A DNA stretch of 64,000 bases from assembly GCF_964204645.1 (NCBI RefSeq), contig NC_134025.1, positions 13,578,001 to 13,642,000 of the forward strand. The letters are read 5' to 3'. Origin of the DNA: Tubulanus polymorphus. Taxonomy: Eukaryota > Animalia > Nemertea. The notes beneath the pieces were generated by a model. The model made no database searches. It was given only the letters and a program-made list of their open reading frames with translations, and was not told the origin of the DNA. Positions 1 to 13,790 of the stretch are shown in pieces (position 1 is the stretch's first letter; every line of letters begins with the position of its first letter). The translations under genes and the position numbers were made by a program.

Positions 1-324
1 GATTCGACGAACCAGTCGCCGACTCGTCGTCGTCGATGTGCGTGTTTCTGCGATGAGTTGCCGACTCCACTTCAGCCAATCAGAGTGGCGGATCAAAAAT
101 TAACATGGCGACCTCATGGACCGCCAAATATGAAGGAAAGCTCATTGTTATTGTGGGAAGAGAAACAATAGCCTGCTGCTGCCTTTCCACGACATTTTTG
201 CATGTTGATAAAAACCTTTGATGAATAACCTGAAATTATGTTATTATCACTGAACTCGATCTGAGTACATCTACAATAGTCGCCGACAGTTGAGTCGCGT
301 CGTAAGGTCGATCTGAGCCCGGCT
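1..324 (+). mobile_element. Right part of a non-autonomous PIF/Harbinger-like element retaining a Myb/MADF-like ORF stub
   Basis: Ends ...GATCTGAGCCCGGCT|TAG, the same terminus style as the element at 47756-48453 (AGCCGGGC...GCTCGGCT). Repeated GTCGCCGAC subterminal motifs. ATG at 105 gives MATSWTAKYEGKLI, then after a frameshift LWEEKQ*, resembling the start of a MADF domain. Confidence 0.55.
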
Positions 325-563
325 TAGAAAGCAGTCCGTGACTTTAAACAGAACCTATTTAACCTAAAGGCTGGCTTATGTCAACCTGCGACTCAAAATG
401 ACTGGGTTTACCAGCGATTAGCAGCAACTTGCGACCTATGATAGGCCACCAGTTGCCGTTATTATCTGTTCAACGAAAGCCAGCTTACGTTGGCAACCCG
501 ACACCTACCAACTCATCGCAAGCCGTATGTGGCTAGTTACCTGGCTAGTAAGCGTCATTAGTA

Positions 564-1202
564 TCCAGGAAGAAAGACACTCTTAATATTTGGATGGATA
601 TATGAAAGTTGTGGGTACTGGAGTGTGTAATGGGTAGTGTAGTGTGATCTGTGTGCATTTGTGGCCAGCACACAGATCACATTGTTCAATAGGGTTTGGT
701 CCAGGACTAGCGAGATTTTCAACAACACGGAAGTAACGTGTAATAAATGATGACTTGAATTGCATGACTACCTACCACCCCTCATTATTGTTGGAAAACT
801 AAACGTTCGGCACTGACTAAAAATTAGTAATAACATTTTAGAAATGGCCAGAATTTTAACTTAGGTTCTATCTCATTTTTATTTTACAATTGCGATTGGT
901 ATAATTTTTTCTTAAACGGCCGTTAAGGCTTCATGTTTCGTCTGTAATTCACTGCAAATAGTTAGGCAACTATGCACATTTCAGTGTTTTTGGCAGCTGT
1001 ACACTGCGGAATTATCATTAATTAACATCGCCATATCACATCATCAACTTATATTGTGCCTTAAAACCCTAACAGCCGAAATAATTGAAATGCACACACG
1101 ATTTCTATCATTGAAAATTGAGAGTGGCCATGTTTGTGTTTGCTGCTTCGCGTAAATCCCGCGCGGTGGCGCAACCGCGCGGAGTGGGGCCGATACGTCT
1201 AG
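564..1202 (+). mobile_element. Non-autonomous Helitron-like element, copy 1
   Basis: Starts A|TCCAGG and ends CTAG|T. A GC-rich hairpin CCGCGCGGT-GGCGCA-ACCGCGCGG lies about 20 nt before the end. No TSD. Near-identical copy at 12124-12805 with the same boundaries. Confidence 0.7.
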
Positions 1203-4200
1203 TCATAGCAACGAACCAGTCGTCATTCGGCCTTTGAATCCAAATAATTTCAAAGTCAATGTCACCAGTTAGGGCTAAGCGAGTAGAGGAAGGCCAGTTG
1301 AAATACATGCAGTTGCAACGTCAAACTATGAGAGCAGAAAAAAAGTTTGTACGAGTGTAACAGCAGAATAGTATGCACTATGTAAATTACTAAGTAACAT
1401 TAACAGAAGAGATCAAAATATGCAAAGCAGTGATAATGAGTTTTCTGCGTTGCATGTTTAAATGCTGTACTAAGAAGCATACAAATATTTTGTCGAATTC
1501 GCTCCTATCATTTCATAACTGATGGCTATTTTGAAGGAGCACCGCCTACGAGTCAACACATATACTAGGTATGTTCATCCATATGGGCTACTACTTACAA
1601 ATAAGGCTATGGATAAACCGAGTTTCATCAAAATAGCTAGAAGAGGAAAACAAAGTCATGGTGCTTTCAATAAACAGTCTGCCATCAGGTCGCCATCACG
1701 CTGGTTGGCATATTGCACATATTGTTTTGTGATTTACATAATAAAAGACTGAATTACACATGAAAAACCAATGCTGAAATAAGTTTTTCAAGATTTAAAC
1801 CCTCCAAGTGGTACGAGTAAGAACAAATTCTGTAGGGGTTCGTTGTTTTTTAATATCAGGTATATGTGTATCAATTTTCATACAAATGCCCTCAAATTCC
1901 TACAAATTCCCGTTTCGTAAAGAGAACCGTGAGTTATCTAAAAACATCAATAAAAGTGTCTAGTAAATTACTACTGAACACAACTGCAACCACTATTCTA
2001 TCTCTTATGTTTAGGGAGCTAGGAGCAAAAATCTCATTAATTGGGGTCCCATAAAGACCCCCTGGAGCCCAAATTGTTCTTAGAAAGGGTGCACCACTGA
2101 CTTTTTTACTTTTAGGTTTTTATGAATAACTCTTGTGCTTGTGCAAAGCTGAAAACTCAGAAAAAAATTTCCCACATAATTTTTTCAATATAAGAATTTT
2201 CCAGAGTTAACACCCCCTGGTGGGTGAACAGGGTCACTTACTTATCACATATCCCTTGGAGACATCTTAAGGTACCTGCATTTGGTACAACTCAAATCTG
2301 TCAAGAGATTTTGTGATACTATCAGCTCATTAATTCATATCCAGGTAAATGGTGTTGCATATAGATATTATTGCTAAAGCAAAAAATACTTCACTGATGC
2401 ACCACCATTTTTCAATTATACGGGTGAGTTAGAATACCCCTACATATAGCAGCAAATATTGATGCATAGCCCATTCACCTTTGAAGCAATGTATCTTTAT
2501 TGAATTGAATTAATGTCTCAAAATGTAGTCTGTGTAGCTTCAGAAGCCCACTGTATAGCGTCATCATGGGGGCAAGAAAAATATGGTGTTAGAATTTGGC
2601 ACTATAAAGAATGGTATTTTCAGTGAATTCGAGTGAGATTTGGAATTTTTATTCTCAGAAGAATATTGGTGTCAACTGAGCACTGGCTTTTTTGGGTGGC
2701 GCTATGACGGACAGTAAATAAATTGTTATCCATGGCAGGAAAAACATGAATATTAATGCATGGTTCTTGTCTTGCATAGCCTTCCAATATGGATGCCTAT
2801 ATAATTACTCTCACTAGACACCATCACTAGAGACCACCACTCCCAGGCACTATGGCCACAGTGTAAAAGAAAAATACAAACATGCCATCACAAAATTCAT
2901 TTGGAAGTCTGTTAATAACAAAAATGTTCATAGTATAAGAGGGTAGTTCAAAATACAAAATTAAAACACCATTCGTTCTCCAATTCTCTCATTTTTCCTG
3001 CGAAGTATCTCTACATGACATAAACCGGCATCGACTTTCCTTCAAGAAAATGAAATTTGATACAACATGGCAAGAAATTTGTTGCAAGCACTACCAAAGG
3101 GTGTACTATGAATTATGCATTCAAGTTGTCAGGAAAATGCCTTGAATCCTGGAATTCGACCATTTGTTCTGTACATATATCACCTTCTGCATAGTACCAA
3201 GAAATGGACAAGGCTTTCAAATTATACTTTATTTATGCAGAGCAATGCCAATTCAAGTCAGGAACCTGATCAATGTATTTAATGATTAATGGGTATTGAA
3301 CTATTGTCTGTTGATATTCATCCTATGATAAATTGTCCAGACATTCATTGAGAGAAAATATGTAAACTGACGGTTGATCGCGACATCTTCACCACCACAT
3401 CACCATCGTATAACAAAACTGTCAATTCAATAGACTTGAGTAATTAGGGTTTTCAGCTATTTCACCGGAAATCCCAGTTAATTATTAGGGTTTTCTGCCC
3501 ATACAGCAGAAATCATCTTGTTATTCTATTGATTATCATTTTCCTTCCCCTTTTTTACCTGCTAGGGTTCATAAAATGTATCCCCTATAAGATTCGACAA
3601 CTAACGACTACTTGTAAACGTAATGGGTAATTCGGACAGAAATGTAACAGTCTATATGCTGTATAGTTTCTTGTCCCGTAGGCTTAAAGTTTCAATTTTC
3701 TTATTTCACTTTGACCAAGTAATTAACGTCATTTCATATAATAATGAGTTGCCTCTTTATGGTAGCTGCTGAGGGCCATCACGTAAAATTCCTTGCCAAA
3801 ACGAAAACTGTCAAATTTTCGCTAAATATCCGTTTTGCCACTCCAAACAAAGAATATTCCATTTTTTGGTGCAACAAATAAACGAAAATTACTGCGGTGA
3901 AACGAGATTTGTCACAATGACATGATACGCTCATTTATCTGAAGATATATTACACCTTCTTGAATTCAAAACGAACATACTAATCACCTAGATGTGTCAT
4001 TATCTTGCAATAACCACCCTAAACAAAAAACTCAGGTACTTAGACATACGGCAAATCTGATAAAATCCTATTATCTCAGTTATGGTTTTCACCCTCCTGG
4101 TAATAGCTATACAAGAATATACTACAGGAAACTTTTTTAATGATACATACACAGTTAGTTCGGCTTTCAATGGAAATGAAAAACATCACAATACATCATA

Positions 4201-6090
4201 TCTATTCAATTTGAGAGCTATATTGAGAGGAAATTTCAGACATTTCTTTTGCATGAGGTTTCATTAGCTGTAAAGAAAACATATTCTGAACTATATTCTT
4301 TTATACCGTGATGCAAACACATTGATACATCCACTTCTACGATATACATCCACTTAATAGCAGTACAAATTAACTTTCATTCTCAGTTCACTTTCTGTTC
4401 TGCACCGTAATTTTAATTCACTCACTGAGTCTACAAGCCATATATTTTTCAGCACTGATGAAAAACATAATCCTGGAGATACAGACTGCTTAGAACGAAT
4501 TAGAATTGCGTGCAGTCTAACGAAAAATTGCGCTAATTTCCTGATTAACAAATCCCCGATTGACTAATTAAGCTATGGCTTTGATCAACATCTAGCAGTG
4601 ATGAATTGTGGCAACAAAAAGCAAGGGCCATAATTTTGCTACTTTTAACCCTCTTTAAATCAAAATATTCATCTATTTCATTTATGGCTAAATGTTATCA
4701 ACGCCATTCCGGCTTGATTTGAACAGCATCACGACTTGGTTTAAATGGCTCAGCAATTGCAAAGATTAAAGGAATACTGAAAACTTTTTATCTATTTCAC
4801 TTGACTGTGTATCATGGTATAAAAAAATGTTTATTATAAGGCTCAACATTTCTTACTGCTCTGTTTCCTAGTTTTAAATAGGTTTTCGTGGAAATAAATA
4901 TCTATAGATTTCAGCACTTGATTTATATTGACAAATCAATACAAAAAGATTCATTGCTTCCATTTTAACAGATAGTAATCTGTGATGAGTTAAGGTATAT
5001 TTAAGTTCCCATTGAATTAAAACGATTGGAATTTTTACAAATCATAGCTAAATATTCATAGTGTTGTGTTAAATATTTTGCGTTGGCAGCAGAAAATGTT
5101 GGGAGCACCGATTGAATTCGCCAATTACAGGATGGGGCTTAGAACTTCAGCCAACGGAATTATTGCTCCCAAGTAACAAGAATCATTAATGCAGAAAACC
5201 CATTATCGCTCCTGTGCAGCTATATTTTCAAGTATAATTTGTATAATTTGGTCTGCAATAACGGAGACACACAAGCGATCACATTTCTTAAACTTTTTCA
5301 CTTGACCTTTTCTCCTTCCTTTTTCTAGAGAAAATGACGTATCTATTATTGACAGTGTGATCATGTTGCATAGTTCACATGCATCCCACTCAAGAGATGA
5401 ACAGTGAATGACCCTTGGCAAATAATAATGGATAGGCAAATAATAATGGATGGCAATGTCTAAACACCATTTTTTCTATTTGATAAGGTTACCAAATCCC
5501 ATTATTCATACATTATCAAGTGTTTCATAGAAGTCTCTGCAGCACTCAAATGAAGATGTGTGGAGAGGCAAATAAGGACAAGATTTAGAGTAATTTCCCT
5601 CATGAAAGGTAATATAATAAAACCTCAACTAAGATCATCTTATTGACCAAGACGAACATTGTCGTTCGAGCTAATGGTGGTGTTTGGGCTGTGAAAATCT
5701 ATCATTGGATTATAGCCAGTTGCTCAATTTTTCACCATCTACGGTAGTTGAATACCCACTTGGGACTCATGATCATTGGCAAACAGAGACACCAATTTCG
5801 GTCTTTCTTACTTAATTACCAGCTCTCTGAAGATGACATGGCGACACATTATAGCAAAGAAAATAGATTCTTCCCAACAACCTAATGAATAAGACAAGTC
5901 AGGAAAACTGCCAGCAGATTGTACTAATACAAACAATGAAGTTATCAAATTAGCAGCAATAAATGAACTTGGGATCTAGGCAATGCCGACTTGGAAAGCG
6001 GAGCCAGAAAAAGACGAAGGGTTGGCGATTTGAATCTTTTTACTCGTTGGCAAACTTATTTTGACAAATAAAAAAATTAGATTTCTAAGT

Positions 6091-6676
6091 GAAACCCCCT
6101 GGTAAAAATCCACCAGGTAAAAATCCCCCCCCCCCCAGTAAAAATCCCCCCAATTTCATTTTTCTTTTCAATCTAAGTAAAAAACCTGAATGAAAACAGA
6201 CTTTTTACAATAATACTGAGTACATAGATAGGTACACGGATCTTTTGCTATTACTTTAAAACTAGATTTCTTCATAGAAATTTTCAGAAATACGATAATA
6301 TCACTTTTATGCATTTTACTAGCTAAAAGTCACAGAAAAATGTAATTTCTATGCACGTAGACTGGTCAAAGTCATTGATTATTCAAGGTGAATATTGTGA
6401 AAAACGTCACGGAAAATCTGAAATTTTTGAAAAATATTTTTACGGGGGGATATTTACCGGGAGGGGGGCTGGATTTTTACAGGGGGGATTTTTACCTGTT
6501 CTGAAATTTTTGAAAACTACTATATGTTTTTCAACATAAAAATATTGAAGAATTTTGTTGAACATTGCTGTAAAATCAAATTTGGGTGGATTTTCACCAG
6601 GGGGATTTTTACCTGTGGGGGATTTTGACCGGGGGGGGGGGGGGGATATTTACCGGGGAGATTTTTACCTGTTACC
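6091..6676. mobile_element. Foldback / Mutator-like MITE with ~15-bp subterminal repeats
   Basis: Tandem GGTAAAAATCCCC units on the left (6091-6151) and inverted GGGGATTTTTACC units on the right (6435-6676), ending GTTACC. The same unit array occurs at 19849-19986. Confidence 0.65.
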
Positions 6677-6789
6677 GATACATAGTACATGTACATCTCG
6701 TAATAGTTCAGATTTGTAGGTTACCTCTTGGTACTAGTACTTAAGCGGGATACTCGAACCCATGTGACAGCTTCGTTGTTCAAAGACTC

Positions 6790-7395
6790 CTCGCTGGGGC
6801 CAGGAAACCTGTCCGCAGCACCAGACCTTAGCTTACCGATTACACAAGACATTTTACGCCAGCTCATTCGGAATGCCCCCTTGGTGCTCGAATCACCCTA
6901 CACTACTGCCATGGTCAGGTGCATGATGGCTTTGGCTTTCTGTGGGTTCTTGCGCCTGGGTGAACTCCTACCCACGTCTGTCGCAGGGCACCTAAAGTGG
7001 TTCAGCTGCGTGACATTGTACAAAGCGGCCAGACATTACAACTGACCATCCGGAGTTTCAAACACAGCGCTAAGCAAGGTCCCCAGACCATAAATTTATT
7101 GCCACACACAGGCGACCCCCTTCAGTTACGGGACCTCTTTCGATCTATATGAGGGTACGTGGACAGGCTCCTGGCCCCTTATTTATGAAATACAGATGGA
7201 TCCCCTTTCCTGAGGCGGGGTTTTGATAAAATTTTTACCTCTCTCCTCTCTAAGTGTGGTTTGTCTAGTCAATTTAAAGGCCACTCATTCCGCATCGGAG
7301 CGGCTACAGACGCCGCGCTGCAGGGGGTCCCAGAGTCCCAAATCCGCTCTGCGAGTAGGTGGAAGTCGGATGCATATAGGAAGTACATACATTTG
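6790..7395 (+). pseudogene. Tyrosine recombinase of a Ngaro-type (DIRS order) retrotransposon, frameshifted
   Basis: Reads LPITQDILRQL...MMALAFCGFLRLGELL (catalytic R), then in other frames LTIRSFKHS...GPLF and FKGHSFRIGAATDAALQGVPESQIRSASRWKSDAYRKYI. This contains the HxxR, W and Y catalytic motifs. The HSFRIGAAT/GRWxSDAY signature is typical of Ngaro-like YRs. Confidence 0.85.
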
Positions 7396-7599
7396 GGCCA
7401 TTGTACATAATCCCCTCTCGGTATCGGTCCGGAGGGTATCGGAGACATTTTTCTGCTCCTCAGTATCGGTCTGGGGGCAGCAACATGGTCGATCAGAGCA
7501 AGATGGGTTTTTTTGCGTGGGATGGCCACATTCGAGGTGGCTGGTGGCGGTTCCCACTTAACTATATATTTTTGAGACAGACCTTAACGAACATCTATG

Positions 7600-7645
7600 G
7601 TTGCCATGGCAACGGCCGTGACATCTGCATGGTTGCCATGGCAAC
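7600..7645. promoter_or_regulatory. Two perfect RFX X-box palindromes (GTTGCCATGGCAAC)
   Basis: Exact 14-bp palindromes at 7600-7613 and 7632-7645, 32 bp apart, each preceded by ACATCT..ATG. Function is not demonstrated. Confidence 0.5.
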
Positions 7646-7837
7646 AGTATACTTTCTCCCTCTGATCATCCAAGGTGTTCCCGTATTTTTGTGTACTCGC
7701 TTTCATGTGTGTATGATTTCTATATGCTTCCGCATATGACGTAATATTCCTTTTTGTTAAAAAAATAAATGTCAGTGTGTCTCGGGCGCCTGGCCATAAC
7801 ACCACATATCTGTCTTTGCCTCAGTTTCTGGCTGCGT

Positions 7838-7924
7838 AAAAATATTCCTCCCAAAAACCAAATCAACTAAAGATTTCACAGAAATCGATATTGAAATACA
7901 ATTTTAGATCTTAAAATAAAACCC
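7838..7924 (+). repeat. Dispersed repeat segment, apparently identical to 30489-30574
   Basis: AAAAATATTCCTCCCAAAAACC...CTTAAAATAAAACCC occurs at both sites. Diverged relatives at about 8355-8400 and 50870-51040. Confidence 0.85.
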
Positions 7925-10900
7925 AGAAGTAAAACGGTAGACAATACTGCAGGTTCACGTGAACACCTGCTGATCTCTGCGGCTAAGCCAATCATAGAGG
8001 AGTCTTTGCTTCCTCATTGGCTTTTTAAAGCAGATATTTTTGCGATCAGATTTTCGCGAAAAAGCTCATATAAATTTTGACAAGGCCCTCTTAAAAAATT
8101 CAACTTCATAGGGGTTGGAGAATGGATAATGCTCTAATGAATTACTCTGGAAACCATGTCATTTAAATTCGCTCCATTTGTATAGTAATAGGCTCAGCCT
8201 ACGGCTGGCCTAAAAAGTGACATATGAATAGCCCCATGATGGGGAAAGGAGAAGGCATGCTCAATTCCAAGTTTTTCACTGCTCAGTTAAGCATATCTTA
8301 CCCAACCCTTGCACAATTGTCATCGATAAATCTTCTGCGGTACCAAAAAAATAGTCCAAAAAGACCAAATCATCTAAAGATTTTATAGAAATAGAATGTA
8401 ACTGTATTTTCATCAATGAATATTTTGTCATTAAGTTTTATAATTTTGGTCAAGACAACTATTAGAATTTTGACCCCGTTCCTCAGTTACGAGGTCATCT
8501 TCAAGGGCATTTCACTGAAAAACAGTTTTCAGTTATGCTCCTAGGTGACGCACTGGTCCCATTTTTTGCACTGTGCAACTAGATCTCCATAATAACATTG
8601 TACCCGATGAAAGTTCTTTGCATCCTAGAATTCACATTTTTCTTAGAAGGAGATGCCTCTTCATTAAATTCAAGCACTAACTGGCGATATGATTACTGAG
8701 TATATCCCAACGATAACAAAATAAAATTACAAGACTTCAACAGCCAGTGAAACTTTAACTTATCGAGCAGAAGTTTACCATGATCATTACTGAGAATAGA
8801 TATATTGTATCAACCATAATAATTGGACTCGAGTAATAGCTGTTATTAATAATCCAATATATTTGGGTGTGGTTAATATATTACCATTGTTAGTCAGCAT
8901 GTGAAGAATCCTTACGTCATCTTCAGGTAAAATTAAATTCCATTCACCCTATGTTCAATTGATTCCAAGATATTAAAGTGGCTAAACCCTTTCGGTGCGG
9001 CCAGATTTTACATTTTACTGCGGCCGAGTAAAGCGATAGGATGTTTTTGCAGTAAATGCAACTTAATTGACATACACGATGTTCCAACCTTTACACCTCA
9101 ATATCTATCAGTGCCATAGCAAATCTCTCTAAGAAATATTGTAGGTATTTTGTTAATGCAATATACGCAAAATTTGATCTAATTAACTTGTAATTTCCAC
9201 TATATCTCAATTTTTAGACTTTTAGGATTAAGCCTACCTTCCTCATTACGTCCAAGGATTTCAACCAATTGTTCCAACTGAGAAATACCAAGTTTTATAA
9301 CAACAGTTATAATGATATTGATCTAATTTTCAAATCAAAAGTTTAATGTGAAGAACTAGATGGATTATTACATATATCAATTGGAACATGTCCATTCTAA
9401 ATAGTTCATAAGCCATGTGTTATCCAGCAATGCGAAGACTTCTCAGAATGAAAAATGAAACTTATTAAGCGTGAGACAGAATAGACCAATTTCATCTTTG
9501 AAATTACTCAGGGAATAAATTTTGCGGAAATTGCAATGCAAATTTTCTAGTGGGCAAATCAATTTGTACAAATGAAGCAGGTTTGATATCATCGTCGAAT
9601 TTTAGTCACCATTTGCTGAATTCACTCTATGTGTCACTTCCACCGAAAGAAATTGGCGAAAAAATAGATTGAATACACTGAATCTGCCCAAATATGTCAA
9701 CCTTCTTCTTCTGAATTCAATTTCTGGTGAATTATACAGTGAAAGATTTGCCGATGAAATTCACCTACGCAGACTGTCACAAGCTTTACAATCTTTATAA
9801 TGAAGTTTCTAATACAGAATTTGTAAGTATAGGTATTGTAATACACTATTCCTTTTATATATTCGTTATCGATAAAGCTTTTATGCTTCATATGGAAAAA
9901 GTTGTTTACTACCACAACTTTTCCACTGAAATTAAAATCAAAATTCTAATCTTCGCAAAATCCAATTCTGGCAATAGAGAGTTGTGAAGTGTTTGACTGT
10001 TGCAAATGTTTGAATAATTAGTTCACATTTCTTGCATTTGCAATAGACAAATGAATCAATTTTTCTCCATGATTGGTAAATAAACCGCTCTCAATGAAAC
10101 ATGTTGATTTGTAGCCTATGACGTACGCTACACACAACTTTTTCTGCGGCAAAAGTGACTACCGGTATTTCAATTCCTGATTGCGTCGACATGAAAAGAA
10201 TAAATAGCAATCAGTAATTCAGCGAATGCGCAGGCAAATTCTAATGCTATTTCGATTATGCTACATTGATTTATCGACAGATACGCATATAAAAAGTTCA
10301 GAAGTCAATAAAACGAGGCAGAAGATTATCACCTCGTATCCAACTGGTTCGGAACACAAGATAACTGATGAATGACCAACGTCCAGTGTTGATTATATCA
10401 TGCCAAATTCGTATTCGTTCATTGACAGGAATAAAACCTGAGCAGAATTGATGAATCCATAAACCACTGCACAAAATCTGCCATATTTGGAGCAGACAAA
10501 CCCCTTCCATGTACACTACTTTTCCTTTTGGTAAAGGGCGAATAAAAACCCTGAGACAATTTACAATTTATAAGTATGAAACTACGAAATCTGAGCCTGA
10601 ATTTTTGCAGCAAAGCTTTGCTCTGATTTCCCTGGAAATAGAACATTTTGTCAGCCAAGGGTAAAAACTATTCTAAAATTCGATATCACAGCAATTTTTC
10701 ATTTACAGCTTAGCATCTGGGCATACCCAAGCAATCAATTGAACCCAGATACCAAGCAGTATCAAAAAAGTCTGATCATTGAATGTCCTAGGATTGGGCT
10801 GGCTGACAAATTTTTTTCATGCATCATACACGAAAATTCAACACACAATAACGTATAGATGCACAACATCTCTATTATGCCTATAAGGTCTTTCAGACCA

Positions 10901-12123
10901 AGAACTGAAGTAAAAATCAAAATGAAACATATTGAATCTTTTCAAGAAATTACATTTTCAAATTTAATTATTGCAGGCTTTTAAAATATTTATTTGACTT
11001 CGCCATATTTCAATGTGGTTTATTACCAAGTAAAACATGGATATTTCCCTTGTGTGTAGCTTGCATCAATAAGCGAAGATTCAAGAAAATCTATGATAAG
11101 TGAAAATCAAAAGTCATAAACAATTTCCATGTTCAGCATACAAGACAATACTGCATGTCATAATTCGTGCTTCAAAGCACCTGTACTCAAGCTATCAGTT
11201 CGCAGCAGTGAAAATGGCAATATCTGTCAAAAACGGCTCAGTCAGTGGTTTATTGATGAAGTTACTTTATGAAATTAGCTATTAAAGAGTATCAGATGTG
11301 GATTAATTCACCTGCCGAAACAATGCTCAATACTTTATTATGCTTAGAACTAAGTTAACAACAATTGCAGAAATCATGATAGAATTTATCCAATGATTCA
11401 TGGAATATAAGCTGCATTTATCTCCCTTTATGTATCTATTCCGTATTTTATGAGATCCTTCAATCAATTGTCGTCTAGTGACAAAAAGTACTACCATTGA
11501 ATAATTCTATGACAAACATTTAGAAAAAAGGGGTTGATGGACACCATGCTTACCGACTAGGTCATATTATGCTTGACAATCTATCAACTTCAATATTCAA
11601 TGGCCCCCAGTGAACAATTACAGAAACCAATGACCTTGAAATTCACGATTACCAAATATGACGGCAAGTCAAAACTGTTTGATATTTCTTTTTTACATCT
11701 ATAAGCTGATGAGAAGAAGACGGCCACTGATTATGTAGCAATTGACTGAGTGACATAAAGATATGTTGATACATTTGATATGTTTGAGATCCTAATCCTA
11801 AGTATACATCATGAATTTCAATGAAAAATGGCAATCCTAGCTATAGGCCTCAGAACTCTTTTAGCATCAATAAGGTCACATATCATGCTATGTCCAATCT
11901 AACCAATTTTTCTTATGAAAGGTCCAAGGGGTTCATACAAATACCAAAGGGTAATTGATTCAAAGCACATTCTAAATCCCCTTGAATACTTTGAAATATG
12001 TTAAAATTGTTGATTCTGACAAACAACAAAGGCTATCAGTTGGCCATCTGGATTCAAATTAGGTCAATTTTATTGGGCTGCAGAGGCATCGAGGGTAGAT
12101 ACATACATATTTCTAACATAATA

Positions 12124-12805
12124 TCCAGGAAGAAAGCCACTAAATATTTGGATGGATATATGAAAGCTGTGGGTACTGGAGTGTGTAATGGGTAGTGTGG
12201 TGTGATCTGTGTGCATTTTGGTGGCCAGCACACAGATCACATTGTTCATTGGGGTTTAGTCCAGGACTCGCGAGATTTTCAACAACACGGAAGTAACGTG
12301 TAATAAATGATGACTTGAATTGCATGACTACCTACCACCCCTCATTATTGTTGGAAAACTAAACGTTCCGCACTGACTAAAAATTAGTAATAATAATCAA
12401 TAACATTTTAGAAATGGCCAGAATTTTATCTTAGGGTCTATCTCATTTTTATTTTACAATTGCGATTGGTATAATTTTTCTTTAAACGGCCGTTAAGGCT
12501 TCATGTTTCGTCTGCAATTCACTGCAAATAGTTACGTAACTACGCACATTTCAGTGTTTTTGGCAGCTGTACACTCAATCGGCACCGTTCGTGACTAGCT
12601 TCACTGCGGAATTATCATTAATTAACATCGCCATATCACATCATCAACTTATATTGTGCCTTAAAACCCTAACAGCCGAAATAATTGAAATGCACACACG
12701 ATTTCTATCATTGAAAATTGAGAGAGTGGCCGTGTTTGTGTTCTGCTGCTTCGCGTAAATCCCGCGGGGTGGCGCCACCGCGCGGAGTGGGGCCGATACG
12801 TCAAG
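12124..12805 (+). mobile_element. Non-autonomous Helitron-like element, copy 2
   Basis: Aligns end to end with 564-1202 but has two extra segments (about 10 and 30 bp). The hairpin is retained and the terminal CTAG is changed to CAAG. Confidence 0.7.
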
Positions 12806-13314
12806 ACAATACATCAAATTATATAGAAAATTACCAAAAAACTTGATTTCACCTAAAGGACGAACGAATGAATGATGGATGAAGAGTAAATGCAATAGCC
12901 CTAAGTGGGCTGAACAAGAAATCATGAATGCTTATTTCCAATCATAGGAAAATTCCCATTAACTTACATGTAGCAATGGTTGAAGGTCATGCTTCAACGC
13001 ATCTCATCAGATTAAGTGGTTTCCCTGAAAAGAAATTGAAATTGTCTTTTTTCAAACATAACTACAGTAAAAAGAATCTGTTGCCAGACAATACTTAAAA
13101 GTTGCCAGAATCTATTGCAATATAATTACTTGGTCCAGATAACCTTTTACTTCATTTGAAAAAGTAAATTTTATAGATATTACACTGACATCAGAACATT
13201 TTGAAATGTAACACATATTTTGGGTCGTTTTGCAATTTTCTATTACTCAGTCAGAACTGTATTTTCACAGGCCGGATCAGGAAAATCCTGCCAAAATCAG
13301 AACACTAGGCAGCA

Positions 13315-13600
13315 ATGAAAGCCAATATTAATCTAACCCATTTCTGTACTGGAAATTTCAATTACAAGTTCCCAATAGAATCTGGTAGGGGGAATAATGT
13401 AGTGCATGAAGAAAGAATATTTCAGCTATATGATAATGGGAAAGTGGACGAATTTCATTGTATTTTCCACTGTACATATTTAGATCAAAGTGGAGAATTT
13501 GAGCTCGACAGGAGATTTTACACAAACTCCAGCTTTTCAAAATACAAATCACTAATGCAAACGTAATTCCAACTTCGTAATTATTATGTATTAATTGCAA
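13315..13600 (+). pseudogene. 3' fragment of a LINE (RTE-X-like) reverse transcriptase ORF
   Basis: LTHFCTGN..KFPIESGR.NNVVHEERIFQLY...DEFHCIFHC matches the degenerate L.KFR.GN..LPIETGR...ERIC..C...DEFH...C zinc-knuckle end of this LINE group. Confidence 0.7.
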
Positions 13601-13790
13601 TCAATTGGCAGGGGCGGATCCAGGGGCATGTTGTGACCATGTCGACCAATAAAAAGGGCATATATTCTTAATTTAGGGCGGTAGGCATATCAGCAAAGTT
13701 TTTGAAATTCTACTATCATTTTAGAGCTTTCTGAGCAGATCTCTGAGAGGCATTTAGTCAAGAAACATAGATTACCGGTATATATTTAGG

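Larger units (their letters stand above)
6730..7830 (+). mobile_element. 3' fragment of a Ngaro-like YR retrotransposon (YR plus terminal repeat region)
   Basis: GC-richer block holding the YR remnant, followed by about 430 bp of non-coding sequence with AATAAA (7765) and an abrupt return to an unrelated repeat at 7838. Confidence 0.65.

Noticed and set aside
6728-7395. Phage integrase or bacterial contamination
   Set aside because: The motif style matches eukaryotic Ngaro YRs, the frame is broken, and the flanks are animal repeats.
583-12325. Duplicated small protein genes (ORFs 583-765 and 12140-12325, and similar pairs at 29634/39565 and 44749/49951)
   Set aside because: The similarity comes from repeat copies. 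Indels shift the frames between copies, showing no coding constraint.
12968-13024. Minus-strand exon-like segment with excellent splice signals (ttcttttcag...gtaagt)
   Set aside because: All three frames contain stops. It could only be a non-coding or poison exon and has no further support.
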